The notes beneath the pieces are model-generated. The model searched no databases. It was given only the letters and a program-made list of their open reading frames with translations, and was not told the DNA's origin. Of a DNA stretch of 37,300 nucleotides, positions 21,958 to 30,900 are shown in pieces. This DNA comes from Patescibacteria group bacterium (GTDB lineage Bacteria; Patescibacteriota; Minisyncoccia; Phycocordibacterales; WO2-35-19), in NCBI GenBank assembly GCA_038058285.1, contig JBBUBJ010000006.1:8683-45982 (forward strand), in the 5' to 3' direction. Position 1 is the stretch's first letter, and each line of letters opens with the position of its first letter. A program made the position numbers and the translations under genes.

Positions 21958-23787
21958 TTACTTTTTTCCAGCTTTAACTCTCTCCAATTCGGTCAGAAGT
22001 TTTTTGCGGAGGCGGACAGATTTGGGAGTGATTTCCAAATATTCATCTTCCGCCATAATTTCCAGACCGCTTTCAATAGTGATAGGCGTCGGTGGAGCCA
22101 AATAAATTTTATCGTCCGAACCGGAGGCGCGCATATTTGTAAGTTGTTTGCCCTTGGTTGGATTGACCGTCAACTCGTCGCCCTTGGATGTGTTGCCTAT
22201 AACCATACCCTCGTAAACTTCTGTTGTTGGACCAATATATAAAGTGCCTCGAGTTTGCAAATTATCAAGAGCGAAAGCTAATGCTTTGCCGTTGGCCATT
22301 GAAGTCATTGAGCCAGTCGCTTTTTTTTGTATTTCACCGGCGTAGGAACGAAAACCAACAACTCTGGTACCCAAAATTCCCTCGCCTTTTGTATCAACAA
22401 CAAACTGATTTCTATAACCCAAAAGTCCTCGAGTCGGCCCTTCAAAAATTAAACGCACATGATTGTTGTGGTGTTTTGTGTTTGTCATAATCGCTCCTCT
22501 TTTTCCTAACTTTTCAATAACCACTCCTTGCATTTCTTCCGGCACATCTATAGTTACTTCTTCAAAAGGTTCGCTTTTTATTCCATAAATTTCTTTTATA
22601 ATAACCTGTGGTTGAGAAACTTGCATTTCAAACCCCTCTCTTCTCATGTTTTCAAGTAGGATGGCAATGTGCAGTTCTCCTCGCCCGTAAACTTTCATCT
22701 CATCTTGACCAAAATCAACTTTAAGTCCTACATTCACTTCCAACTCTTTTTCAAGTCGCTCTCTAATTTGACGACTGTTGACATATTTTCCTTCCCGTCC
22801 CCCAAAAGGCGAATTATTAACCAAGAAATTTACAGCTATGGTTGGTTCGTCTACATTTATTGCCGGCAAACTTTCTGTTTCCGGATTGTCTGTTATTGTG
22901 TCGCCTATATAAATGTTAGGTAGGCCGGCAATCATGGCAATGTCCCCAGTTTCCACTTCTTTTGATTCTTTTCTAGCTACGCCTTCAAATGTAAAAATTT
23001 TTGTAATTTTACCTTCCTCTATTTTGCCATCCGTTTTTTTAACAAAAACTTTTTGACCGTTTTTTATTGTGCCCTCATAAATTCTGACTATGGCCATTCT
23101 GCCCAAAAAATTATCATAAGCCAAATTAAAAGGTTGTGCTCGCAGTGGTTCCTGCCAAGGGGAACCCTTAAACTGCTCCTGCCCCAAAGGGTTCCCCTTG
23201 GCAGGATTAGCAGGAATAACTTTTTCCAAAATAGTATCAAGCAAAGGTTTTATACTTTCCTTTTTATCATTCAAATTTTTTATTACAATTCCTTCTCTGG
23301 CGACAGCATGAAGAGTTGTAAAATTTAATTGTTCTTCGGTGGCATCAAGGTCAAAGAACAACTCAAAAATTTCGGCAAGGGTAGTTTTAATCCTGTTAAT
23401 GTCGGCACCGGGACGATCAATTTTATTTAAAACAACGATTGGTTTGTGACCTATTTCCAAAGATTTTTTCAAAACAAAACGAGTCTGAGGCATAGGCCCT
23501 TCTTGAGCATCAACAACCAAAATAACCGAATCAATGGATCTTAAAATTCTTTCAACTTCACTTCCAAAGTCGGCATGTCCCGGTGTATCTACTATATTTA
23601 TTTTGGTGTCTTTATATATGACAGAAGCGTTTTTGGAATAAATAGTAATGCCACGTTCTTTTTCAAGTGCGTTTGTATCCATTGAAAATCCTTCCTCGCT
23701 AAAACCTGTTTGCTTCAAAATAGCATCCGTCAACGCTGTTTTGCCGTGGTCCACATGGGCTATGATTGCTATGTTTCGTATTTCCAT
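21958..23787 (-). CDS. typA: Translational GTPase TypA/BipA
   Basis: IRNIAIIAHVDHGKT, DTPGHADF, NKID, and the C-terminal BipA-specific domain. I prefer the ATG at 23787. Contains a 55-nt hairpin in-frame. Confidence 0.9.
   Translation of the reverse strand: MEIRNIAIIAHVDHGKTALTDAILKQTGFSEEGFSMDTNALEKERGITIYSKNASVIYKDTKINIVDTPGHADFGSEVERILRSIDSVILVVDAQEGPMPQTRFVLKKSLEIGHKPIVVLNKIDRPGADINRIKTTLAEIFELFFDLDATEEQLNFTTLHAVAREGIVIKNLNDKKESIKPLLDTILEKVIPANPAKGNPLGQEQFKGSPWQEPLRAQPFNLAYDNFLGRMAIVRIYEGTIKNGQKVFVKKTDGKIEEGKITKIFTFEGVARKESKEVETGDIAMIAGLPNIYIGDTITDNPETESLPAINVDEPTIAVNFLVNNSPFGGREGKYVNSRQIRERLEKELEVNVGLKVDFGQDEMKVYGRGELHIAILLENMRREGFEMQVSQPQVIIKEIYGIKSEPFEEVTIDVPEEMQGVVIEKLGKRGAIMTNTKHHNNHVRLIFEGPTRGLLGYRNQFVVDTKGEGILGTRVVGFRSYAGEIQKKATGSMTSMANGKALAFALDNLQTRGTLYIGPTTEVYEGMVIGNTSKGDELTVNPTKGKQLTNMRASGSDDKIYLAPPTPITIESGLEIMAEDEYLEITPKSVRLRKKLLTELERVKAGKK
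23151..23205. repeat. Family G long hairpin inside typA
   Basis: Perfect 19-nt arms CCTGCCAAGGGGAACCCTT / AAGGGTTCCCCTTGGCAGG around AAACTGCTCCTGCCCCA. The arm core equals the family B stem. Read as PAKGNPLGQEQFKGSPWQ. Confidence 0.85.
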
Positions 23788-23993
23788 AATTAAAAATCCC
23801 CTGAGGGAAGTTGTCCTCATTATACATTATTTCTTTTAAAAAACAAATTCCCAATTAAACTCTGACCTTTTTGGGTTTTCTTTTTTCTTTTTTATGTCCA
23901 TCGCCTTTGGCCATAAGTTTATTATATCATTTAATATATTTTAAAAAATGTTAACAATATTTTTATAAGCAAGTTTTGATATATTTTTAATTC

Positions 23994-24002
23994 TGCTATG
24001 AT
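23994..24002 (+). promoter_or_regulatory. Extended -10 box TGCTATGAT upstream of 24038
   Basis: TGCTATGAT is followed by a leader of about 30 nt with AAGGAGG 5 nt before the ATG. Confidence 0.4.
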
Positions 24003-24037
24003 GAAAAAGGAACGATCTTTGGCATAAGGAGGCCATT

Positions 24038-25438
24038 ATGGAGTTTCCAAAAATAATTCAAGGTGGTATGGGAGTCATTATTTCCGGTCCACCTCTTGCA
24101 AAAGAGGTTTCAAGGCTGGGACAACTGGGAACCGTTTCCGGAGTAGCGTTTGAAAGAATTTTTGCACGCATACTTCAGAGAGGTGATCCGGGTGGGCAAA
24201 TTAGGCATGCTCTTTCTCACTTTCCTTTTCAGGAATATGTAAAAAGAGTAATGGATGCATTTTTTGTGGAAGGGGGAAAATTCGAAAGCACAGCTTTTAA
24301 AGCGGTGCCGATTTTCAACATCAACCCCTCCCCTCTTCTGATTTCGCTGACTATTTGTGCTAATTTTGCTCTGGTGTGGTTGGCTAAAGAAGGGCACACC
24401 AATCCCGTGAGCATTAACTACTTAGAAAAAGTAGCTATGCCCCACATCTACGCCATCACCGGTGCTATGTTGGCCAGTGTTGACTTTATCACCATGGGCG
24501 CTGGCATACCACTTCAAATTCCTGAAGTGATTAACGCTGTTGCCGAAGGCAGAACGGTGACCTACCGTGTGCCGGTTATCGGGGAAAATATAACAAGCCA
24601 CGAGATGAGTTTTAATCCCGAGCAATTTTTTGGAGGCAAACTGCCCTCAATGAAAAGACCGGGGTTTATTCCCATCATAGCTTCAAATCTTTTGGCTAAA
24701 ATTCTTGTTGAAAGATTACCAGAAGGAAGCATCTATGGTTTTGTAATTGAAGAGCCAACTGCTGGCGGACACAATGCTCCCCCCAGAAGAGGTGGTTTTT
24801 ATGGTCCAAAGGACGAAGTGGACTACCCCAAAATTGCAAGCATTGGTTTGCCTTTTTGGATTGGAGGATCTAAAGCTTCCCCGGAAATGCTCGAATGGGC
24901 ATTTTCAGTTGGTGCCAAGGGTATCCAAGTCGGCTCCATTTTTGCTCTTTGTGAAGAGTCCGGAATGGATCCTAAAATCCGGGCAGAAATTCGTAAGTTA
25001 GGATTTCAAGGAAAACTCAAAATCAGAACCGATATGAGATTTTCTCCGGCTGGTTTTCCGTTTAAGGTGGTTGAATTGCTCGGCACACTTTCTGAACCCG
25101 AAGTTATTAAGTCTCGGGTTCGCAGATGCGACCAGGGTGCGTTAGCTACTCTTTATGAAAAACCAGATGGGCTCATCGGCTATCGTTGTCCAGCTGAGTC
25201 GACGGAATGCTTTATTTCCAAAGGTGGAGATGTGGCAGACACTTTCAGTAGAGGTTGTCTCTGTAATGGTCTGATTTCTGCCGCTGGGTTTGGCAATAAA
25301 GAAGAACCACTAGTGGTTACACTTGGAGACGACACTTCTTTTCTGCCATTCTTGATGTATAGTCCAAATGGTTCATACAGCGCCGAAGATGCTGTGGACT
25401 ATTTACTAAGCCAAATCACCCTCGCTAGTGGAGGGTGA
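24038..25438 (+). CDS. Nitronate monooxygenase / 2-nitropropane dioxygenase-family FMN enzyme (long form)
   Basis: N-terminal IIQGGMGV...S...LA..VS..G.LG..S pattern, then internal GAGIP and EEPTAGGH. SD is AAGGAGG. Looks G+C-richer than its neighbours by eye. Confidence 0.7.
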   Translation: MEFPKIIQGGMGVIISGPPLAKEVSRLGQLGTVSGVAFERIFARILQRGDPGGQIRHALSHFPFQEYVKRVMDAFFVEGGKFESTAFKAVPIFNINPSPLLISLTICANFALVWLAKEGHTNPVSINYLEKVAMPHIYAITGAMLASVDFITMGAGIPLQIPEVINAVAEGRTVTYRVPVIGENITSHEMSFNPEQFFGGKLPSMKRPGFIPIIASNLLAKILVERLPEGSIYGFVIEEPTAGGHNAPPRRGGFYGPKDEVDYPKIASIGLPFWIGGSKASPEMLEWAFSVGAKGIQVGSIFALCEESGMDPKIRAEIRKLGFQGKLKIRTDMRFSPAGFPFKVVELLGTLSEPEVIKSRVRRCDQGALATLYEKPDGLIGYRCPAESTECFISKGGDVADTFSRGCLCNGLISAAGFGNKEEPLVVTLGDDTSFLPFLMYSPNGSYSAEDAVDYLLSQITLASGG

Positions 25439-25466
25439 TTCTTTTTATATTTTATTTTGTCACAAA

Positions 25467-25721
25467 TTACGAAAGATGTTTGGAAACCAGTTTGGTCATT
25501 TCAAACATATTGACCACGGATTTGCCACCAAAAACTTTTTTCAAAGCTTCGTCAGCAACAATGTTTCTCTTGTTGGCAGGATCCTGGAGATTTTTGCCCT
25601 TAATATAAACCCAAAGTTTTTTGACTACTTCCGGTCGGGGCATAGGACCTTTGCCAACGACTGCCGCCAACTCATCGCTGACATTCATCGGCTTCATAAA
25701 AGCCGAATTTGATTTTGCCAT
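25467..25721 (-). CDS. SWIB/MDM2 domain protein
   Basis: VSDELAAVVGKGPMPRPEVVKKLWVYIKGKNLQDPANKRNI..DE.LKKVFG is the typical SWIB pattern. 84 aa. Confidence 0.8.
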   Translation of the reverse strand: MAKSNSAFMKPMNVSDELAAVVGKGPMPRPEVVKKLWVYIKGKNLQDPANKRNIVADEALKKVFGGKSVVNMFEMTKLVSKHLS

Positions 25722-25778
25722 ACTTTTTAATTAATTATAATGAACCTAATAATACAATATTATTATACCATTTTTAAA

Positions 25779-25988
25779 CTAGGCGCGGGCTACATTTGTG
25801 GCCGATGGGCCCTTACCACCCTCTTCGCCCGGCTTGACTTCAAACGAAACTTTGTCACCCTCCTCCAATTCTCCGAGAGTAACTCCAACAAGTTGGCTCT
25901 CATGGAAAAATAAATCTTTTTCTCCATCTTCTCGCGCGATGAATCCAAAAGTTTTTCCTTCCATGGGTTTTTTGATTGTTCCTGTCAT
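25779..25988 (-). CDS. Cold-shock domain protein (CspA family)
   Basis: GTIKK...KTFGFIA (RNP1-like), DLFFHES (RNP2-like), GDKVSFEV. 69 aa. Confidence 0.85.
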   Translation of the reverse strand: MTGTIKKPMEGKTFGFIAREDGEKDLFFHESQLVGVTLGELEEGDKVSFEVKPGEEGGKGPSATNVARA

Positions 25989-26150
25989 GAAATTATTTTT
26001 TGTTATTTATTATGTATAGTCAAAAACTCGACTTTATTTTTGTCTTTTTCTAATACTTTTTCATTATAGCTTATTTACTACCACAAAACAAGAAACAAGG
26101 GGTCTATCTGATTTTTGCTTTTTTTATAAAATTATGATATCATACAGGTA

Positions 26151-26387
26151 ATGAGTATGAAAAATTCACAAAAAATCAAACTGAACGAAATATCACTTTC
26201 TCTTCCCCAGTTTTTGGAGTCATTCAACCAAAATATGCCCCCTAATTTTCCACAGGTATCTGAGGAGCAGTTGCTCAAATTCAAAAAAGAGCATGAATCT
26301 TTATTCAAAAAAAGCAACACCTGGTCTCTTGATCAATATAGAAAAAAAGTTATGGATTGGCTTCCCAGAAACATCACTACCGCATGA
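26151..26387 (+). CDS. Hypothetical small protein
   Basis: 78-aa ORF with normal AT-rich composition. No SD and no recognised motif. Confidence 0.4.
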   Translation: MSMKNSQKIKLNEISLSLPQFLESFNQNMPPNFPQVSEEQLLKFKKEHESLFKKSNTWSLDQYRKKVMDWLPRNITTA

Positions 26388-26422
26388 GTATTTTATTTCT
26401 GCCGGCTCTTGTCCATAATTGC

Positions 26423-26458
26423 ACAACAAAAAGGCCGTCCGCAAACTCACAGACGACC
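26423..26458 (-). terminator. Rho-independent terminator after 26473..27111
   Basis: The minus-strand RNA has stem GGUCGUC / GACGGCC (26452-26458 / 26433-26439), followed by UUUUUGUUGUG. Confidence 0.6.
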
Positions 26459-26472
26459 CCATAACCATGACC

Positions 26473-27111
26473 CTACTGTTCCCTTTTACCCCACCTTTTT
26501 CTCCCAAGCATTGCCTGATGGGGTTTTTTGCCTTCCGCTCGGAGGGCAGCGTATCTCTTTTCTCTTTTTTTGCGGATAGGCTGAATATATTTAATGGCCT
26601 CTTCGGGCAATCCATAATCCCAGCTCCTGAACCTATTCTTTCCGCCGGTATGCAACTCTTTGCGATCACATTTCCAAAACCTTTGCTTGAGAGCTCGGCC
26701 TCGGACAATGTTCATAAAATTTTTGCATTCCGGACAAAGCGGGCGATGCCTCACCTTCCAGCAGGCAATTCTAGCCTGCATCAAAAGATTTTGGATAAAA
26801 TTCTTGGTTCTGTGCATGGGATGGGAAAAATACAAAACCTTATCCCTCTCGGCAATCAAAACCCAGCCGGCATCTTCTTCTCTGGCCATTTGTTGTTCTT
26901 CAAGCCAAGTGGTCCAAACCAGCACAGTGTACTGGTTGGCGTAAAAAAGATATCCAAGCTCTCTGCCAAAACGAGGCCGAGGGGCCTTAAGCCCCAATCT
27001 TCTAAATTGCAAAGAGAATTCCGAGCTTGAAATCTTGCGAAATCCCCTCTTCTTTAATTCCCCTTCGAATTCCAAGAAACTCTTGACATTAGGCAAACAC
27101 TTTTCTGGCAA
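26473..27111 (-). CDS. Hypothetical protein with putative zinc ribbon and basic C-terminal tail (orphan)
   Basis: TTG start at 27111 with GGAGG 5 nt upstream. A TTGCTA-N17-TATAAA promoter and a terminator bracket it. CPEC...KC.....H motif and a K/R-rich C-terminus. Looks G+C-rich by eye. Confidence 0.6.
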   Translation of the reverse strand: MPEKCLPNVKSFLEFEGELKKRGFRKISSSEFSLQFRRLGLKAPRPRFGRELGYLFYANQYTVLVWTTWLEEQQMAREEDAGWVLIAERDKVLYFSHPMHRTKNFIQNLLMQARIACWKVRHRPLCPECKNFMNIVRGRALKQRFWKCDRKELHTGGKNRFRSWDYGLPEEAIKYIQPIRKKREKRYAALRAEGKKPHQAMLGRKRWGKREQ

Positions 27112-27141
27112 GGAAACCTCCTTTTCTACATTCTGTCATCA

Positions 27142-27170
27142 TTTATACTCCCCAAAATTCCTTTTAGCAA
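27142..27170 (-). promoter_or_regulatory. Sigma70-like promoter TTGCTA-N17-TATAAA
   Basis: On the plus strand: TAGCAA at 27165-27170 and TTTATA at 27142-27147. Confidence 0.45.
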
Positions 27171-27278
27171 CTTACATCAAAATCCTTACTTCACTTGCCT
27201 GTTTCTTTAAAATTTCCCTCGTATACCTTACTTAAAAATTTGCCGTAAAAACTTTATCTTTTTATTTAATTTGATAAA

Positions 27279-27692
27279 TTATTTACGATTTATCATATCC
27301 GAATAATGCTCAAGCATAAAATCATGGTAAAACTTATTGCCCGATATGTATTTGTAAACATTAGCATTCTCATTTTTTTCCTCATCATTAAACTCCGCGC
27401 ACAAATCATCTATTTTCTGCTCATTTTCCGGAGACAACCGATATTCCTTGATGGAGCCATTTTTAAGTTTGAATATAAAAATTATTTCACTCTCCCCTAT
27501 TATTTCATTCCAAAATCCAGCCGTCAGCTTACTTTTCACAAGTTCAATATATTCTCCCAACCTCTCCTCCTCTATTCTAATCGATCTGTCCCCATCCTCA
27601 TCTTTCTTTTCAATAACCACTCCCAAAGCCACCAAATCTTCATTGGTAATATCCTTCCCTCCCATCAAATAACTCAAGCAAAACTTTTTCAT
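27279..27692 (-). CDS. Hypothetical acidic cytosolic protein
   Basis: 137 aa from ATG 27692. The start is uncertain; ATG 27665 is also possible. Glu/Asp-rich with no recognised motif. Confidence 0.5.
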   Translation of the reverse strand: MKKFCLSYLMGGKDITNEDLVALGVVIEKKDEDGDRSIRIEEERLGEYIELVKSKLTAGFWNEIIGESEIIFIFKLKNGSIKEYRLSPENEQKIDDLCAEFNDEEKNENANVYKYISGNKFYHDFMLEHYSDMINRK

Positions 27693-27809
27693 AAATTTTA
27701 AAAACCAATACCCAAACTTTACGCTTTTTGGGCAAAAAATCAAGTTTTCATATCATTCCCAATCATTCTCCATTTTTGGCGAATGATTTTTAATTTATTT
27801 ATGAAAACA

Positions 27810-27853
27810 GAATTAAAAAAGAAGAAGAAAAAGAAGGGGCGTTAGAACGCCCC
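27810..27853 (-). terminator. Rho-independent terminator overlapping the stop of 27842..28594
   Basis: GGGGCGTT-AG-AACGCCCC (27836-27853), followed on the minus strand by TTCTTTTTCTTCTTCTTTTTT. Confidence 0.65.
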
Positions 27854-28594
27854 TGTGTTGCTTAAAATCTCGCTTGAATCGCCGACAAGAACGAATTGTC
27901 CCGAAAAACAAACCGGTTCTCTTTTGGAAAGAAGCACGCGGCGCGCTTTCTGATCAACTTCGTATTGAGCATCAAGAATGCCGAAGTAATCAAGAAAGCG
28001 ATTTAACTTGGCGGATGTTCTAATGCAACCCTTGGAACCCACTTTACCGAGTCGCGACTCGCTGTCAGGATCGATTGCATGCAAGAGTAAGCGAATCAAA
28101 TACGGGTGGCCCTTGGTTGTATGAGTCTTTACCCAACCAAAATCCCACACTCGACTACCTTTGACGCCAAGTCCCCGCCAACCCCTTGAGTTTTTTGTGC
28201 CGAGAGCTCGGTAACTCATATTTCCCGGCAAGTTTTCTAAAAAACCAAGGGGGGTAACAAAGTGGCCTCTGCGGGCATAATTGCCAGTGGAGACTTTATC
28301 TGCTCCGATAATGGTCAAGCGATCGTCTAATGGATCAACGAAAATCAAAACAGCAAGCTGGACAGAAGGGTTTCTATCCACAAACAAAACATACTGCGGT
28401 GATTTAATTACCGGATCCAGATTTAGGGCGGCATTCACTCTTAAAAAAACAACCTTCTGATACTCATCTGTCAGAGGAATTTCTCCGACTCGTTGCAAAA
28501 ATTGTTTTTGCATATAACTCACTTCTTCACATTTGTTTTCTGCTAACAATATGCTAGACAAAATAACAAAAAGAACCGCAATAATCTTTACCAT
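27842..28594 (-). CDS. Secreted L,D-transpeptidase-family protein (YkuD domain)
   Basis: N-terminal signal-like helix. Catalytic motif LHAIDPDSESRLGKVGSKGCIRTS (His...Ser-x-Gly-Cys-Ile-Arg). SD is AAAGGAG. Confidence 0.7.
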   Translation of the reverse strand: MVKIIAVLFVILSSILLAENKCEEVSYMQKQFLQRVGEIPLTDEYQKVVFLRVNAALNLDPVIKSPQYVLFVDRNPSVQLAVLIFVDPLDDRLTIIGADKVSTGNYARRGHFVTPLGFLENLPGNMSYRALGTKNSRGWRGLGVKGSRVWDFGWVKTHTTKGHPYLIRLLLHAIDPDSESRLGKVGSKGCIRTSAKLNRFLDYFGILDAQYEVDQKARRVLLSKREPVCFSGQFVLVGDSSEILSNTGAF

Positions 28595-28662
28595 ACTTCT
28601 CCTTTCTTCTGCTCACTACCCTATCATTTTAATTCCTTTTTTTCAAACAAGTTTTATTCGGG

Positions 28663-28733
28663 CTGGGAGGGAAGGAATCGAACCTTCATATACAGCTTCA
28701 AAGGCTGCTGTCCGACCATTAGACGACCTCCCA
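28663..28733 (-). tRNA. tRNA-Gln (anticodon UUG)
   Basis: A 71-nt cloverleaf folded by hand. Acceptor TGGGAGG/CCTCCCA, D arm GTCT/GGAC, anticodon loop CTTTGAA, T arm GAAGG-TTCGATT-CCTTC, discriminator G. CCA is not encoded. Confidence 0.85.
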
Positions 28734-28734
28734 T

Positions 28735-29772
28735 TTATTCCTTATTTATACCACAACTTTCAATAATAGCGAGTTCGATGGGAAGTTCGGGAATGGAAGA
28801 ATAGGTTTGGCGGGAGTAGGATTCCAAAAATGCTAGCAAAGTTTTGGAGTTTATATTTTTGGCTGTTTTGGCTAGGGCTGAAAGTTTTTCAAATTCTTCC
28901 TCACCCGTTTCATCTGTAATTAATTTTTTCATATCAGGAGCGAATCGCAAAAGCAAAACAAATCGTAGAGAACGCAGAATCATTTTCAAAAAAACTTGCA
29001 TATCGGCATTTTCTTCACTGGCTTTTCTTACTGCCCCAATCCCCTTCTCCACATTTTGCTCGGCCACTCCTTCCAAAACTTCCAAAATAAAATCTGATTT
29101 GGGGGCGCCCAAAACTTTTTCAACCTCGGCAACCGACAACTTTTTATCTTTTGAAGAATTTATTATTTTTTGCAAAACAGAGAGAGCGTCGCGAAAGGAA
29201 CCATCGGCAAGTGTGGCTATAAGCGATGCCGACTTTTTTTCTATATCATATTTTTCTTCTTTTGTTACTTTGAGTATTGATTCAACAAGCATTTGGTGGG
29301 TCGGTTTTTTAAAGGCGAAGCACTCACATCTTGAAATAACCGTGTCCGGCAGTTTGTGCATTTCTGTTGTTGCCATTATAAAAATGACATGCTCGGGCGG
29401 TTCTTCCAAAGTTTTTAAAAAAGCATTCCAAGCCTCTTTGGTCAGCATATGAGCTTCGTCAACAATATAAATTTTGTATTTTGAGGAGTAAGGATAAGTA
29501 TGAACACTGTCTCTTATTTCTCTTATTTCATCAATGCCTCTATTTGAGGCAGCGTCCATTTCATAAATATCTTCCGGGCTGACACCGAGCAATTTGGCAA
29601 AAATGCGGGCCACGCTTGTCTTGCCCGTTCCCCTGCTTCCCGAAAAAAGATAGGCATGAGAAACCTTGCCCATCTTGGCCTCATTTTCCAAAACCGAAAC
29701 AATATGGTCCTGCCCTTTTATTTCTTTGAAGCTCTGGGGGCGATATTTTCTATACAATGCGATTTCTGGCAT
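28735..29772 (-). CDS. dnaX: DNA polymerase III subunit gamma/tau (short form)
   Basis: LYRKYRPQSF, P-loop GSRGTGKTS, DEAHML, SRC. I prefer the ATG at 29772; a GTG at 29790 is possible but lies inside a repeat. Confidence 0.85.
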   Translation of the reverse strand: MPEIALYRKYRPQSFKEIKGQDHIVSVLENEAKMGKVSHAYLFSGSRGTGKTSVARIFAKLLGVSPEDIYEMDAASNRGIDEIREIRDSVHTYPYSSKYKIYIVDEAHMLTKEAWNAFLKTLEEPPEHVIFIMATTEMHKLPDTVISRCECFAFKKPTHQMLVESILKVTKEEKYDIEKKSASLIATLADGSFRDALSVLQKIINSSKDKKLSVAEVEKVLGAPKSDFILEVLEGVAEQNVEKGIGAVRKASEENADMQVFLKMILRSLRFVLLLRFAPDMKKLITDETGEEEFEKLSALAKTAKNINSKTLLAFLESYSRQTYSSIPELPIELAIIESCGINKE

Positions 29773-29786
29773 GGAATCATAATAAC

Positions 29787-29865
29787 TCACCCTACCCTCT
29801 CTTACAACAAGAGAGGGTTTCTGAAACCCCCTTCCCTTGTTAAGGGAAGGGGGTTGGGGGATGAG
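29787..29865. repeat. Inverted pair of family D elements between dnaX and ddl
   Basis: Left element: CTCACCCTA + CCCTCTCTT-ACAAC-AAGAGAGGG (29795-29817). Right element: CCCCCTTCCCTT-GTT-AAGGGAAGGGGG (29827-29853) + TTGGGGGATGAG. The tails point outward. Confidence 0.75.
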
Positions 29866-29874
29866 TTATCTTGG

Positions 29875-29883
29875 TGCTATAAT
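29875..29883 (+). promoter_or_regulatory. Extended -10 box TGCTATAAT, 6 nt before the ddl ATG (leaderless start suggested)
   Basis: TGCTATAAT-AATCAC-ATG (ATG at 29890). Confidence 0.5.
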
Positions 29884-29889
29884 AATCAC

Positions 29890-30864
29890 ATGTCATTTGC
29901 CCATAAAATAAGAGTGGGAGTTTTGCGTGGCGGGCCGTCGCCAGAGTATGAAGTGTCGCTCAATACCGGTAAAACTATTTTGGCAAACTTGCCTGAAGAA
30001 TATGAGCCGTTGGATGTTTTTATTTCCAGAGACGGCGCTTGGCACACAGCGGGTCTTGAGAAAAGTCCGTATCAGATTCTTAAAACAATTGATGTGACTG
30101 TGAATGCCTTGCATGGCGCTTATGGCGAAGATGGCGCAGTGCAAAAACTGCTGGAAAATTTTGGCATTCCTTATACTGGTTCAGATTCTATGGCCTCGGC
30201 TCTGGGCATGAGCAAAGTAATGTCCAAAAATATTTTTAATCTTTATGGCCTCAAGACCCCGCAATATATAGTCGTAGATAAAGGTGAAAACCAAAATATT
30301 TTAATAAAAAAAATAAACGAATCACTGCCCTTCCCCATTATCATTAAACCCCTAAATTCCGGCTCTTCTTTGGGAGTTTCTTTTGTGGAAAAAGTTGGCG
30401 ATATAAAAAATGCTTTAAAAAAATCTTTTGAACATTCTCCTGAACTTATAGTGGAAGAATTTATAAATGGCAAAGAAGTTACCTGCGGAGTAATTGAAGG
30501 TTTCCGCGGACAAAATTTTTATACTCTTTTGCCAGTTGAAATCAATCCCCACCACGCATTTTTTGACTATAATTCAAAATATAAAAACTTGGAATCAAGA
30601 TACAAAATCCCGAGCAATTTTAGAGAGGATGAAAAAATGGAAATTCAAAAAGCGGCCGGTTTAATACATCAAGCCTTGGGCCTTAGACATTATTCTCGCT
30701 CTGATTTCATTCTTCATCCGAAACGCGGCCTGTTTGTTCTGGAAGTCAATACTCTGCCAGAACTTTCCCACCGCTCTTCATTTATCAAATCCTTGGAAGC
30801 CGTTGGCGGCAACATAAAAGAATTTCTCTCTCATCTTCTTTCTAAAACTTTAGAAAGAAAATAA
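29890..30864 (+). CDS. ddl: D-alanine--D-alanine ligase
   Basis: KIRVGVLRGGPSPEYEVSL, ALHGAYGEDGAVQ.LLE..GIPYTGS, and ATP-grasp core motifs. The ORF-track extension from 29656 runs through repeats and antisense to dnaX. Confidence 0.9.
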   Translation: MSFAHKIRVGVLRGGPSPEYEVSLNTGKTILANLPEEYEPLDVFISRDGAWHTAGLEKSPYQILKTIDVTVNALHGAYGEDGAVQKLLENFGIPYTGSDSMASALGMSKVMSKNIFNLYGLKTPQYIVVDKGENQNILIKKINESLPFPIIIKPLNSGSSLGVSFVEKVGDIKNALKKSFEHSPELIVEEFINGKEVTCGVIEGFRGQNFYTLLPVEINPHHAFFDYNSKYKNLESRYKIPSNFREDEKMEIQKAAGLIHQALGLRHYSRSDFILHPKRGLFVLEVNTLPELSHRSSFIKSLEAVGGNIKEFLSHLLSKTLERK

Positions 30865-30900
30865 TTTGTGCTTGCACTGCTGGAAGTTTTTTCTGTTCGG

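Noticed and set aside
26419-27030. 203-aa plus-strand ORF antisense to 26473..27111
   Set aside because: It starts inside the minus-strand terminator, has no SD or promoter, and has a low-complexity sequence. The minus-strand gene has a promoter, an SD, a Zn-ribbon motif and a terminator.
29656-29889. N-terminal extension of ddl in the ORF track
   Set aside because: The extension is antisense to the dnaX 5' end and reads through the family D repeats. The conserved Ddl N-terminus begins at ATG 29890, which has an extended -10 box 6 nt upstream.
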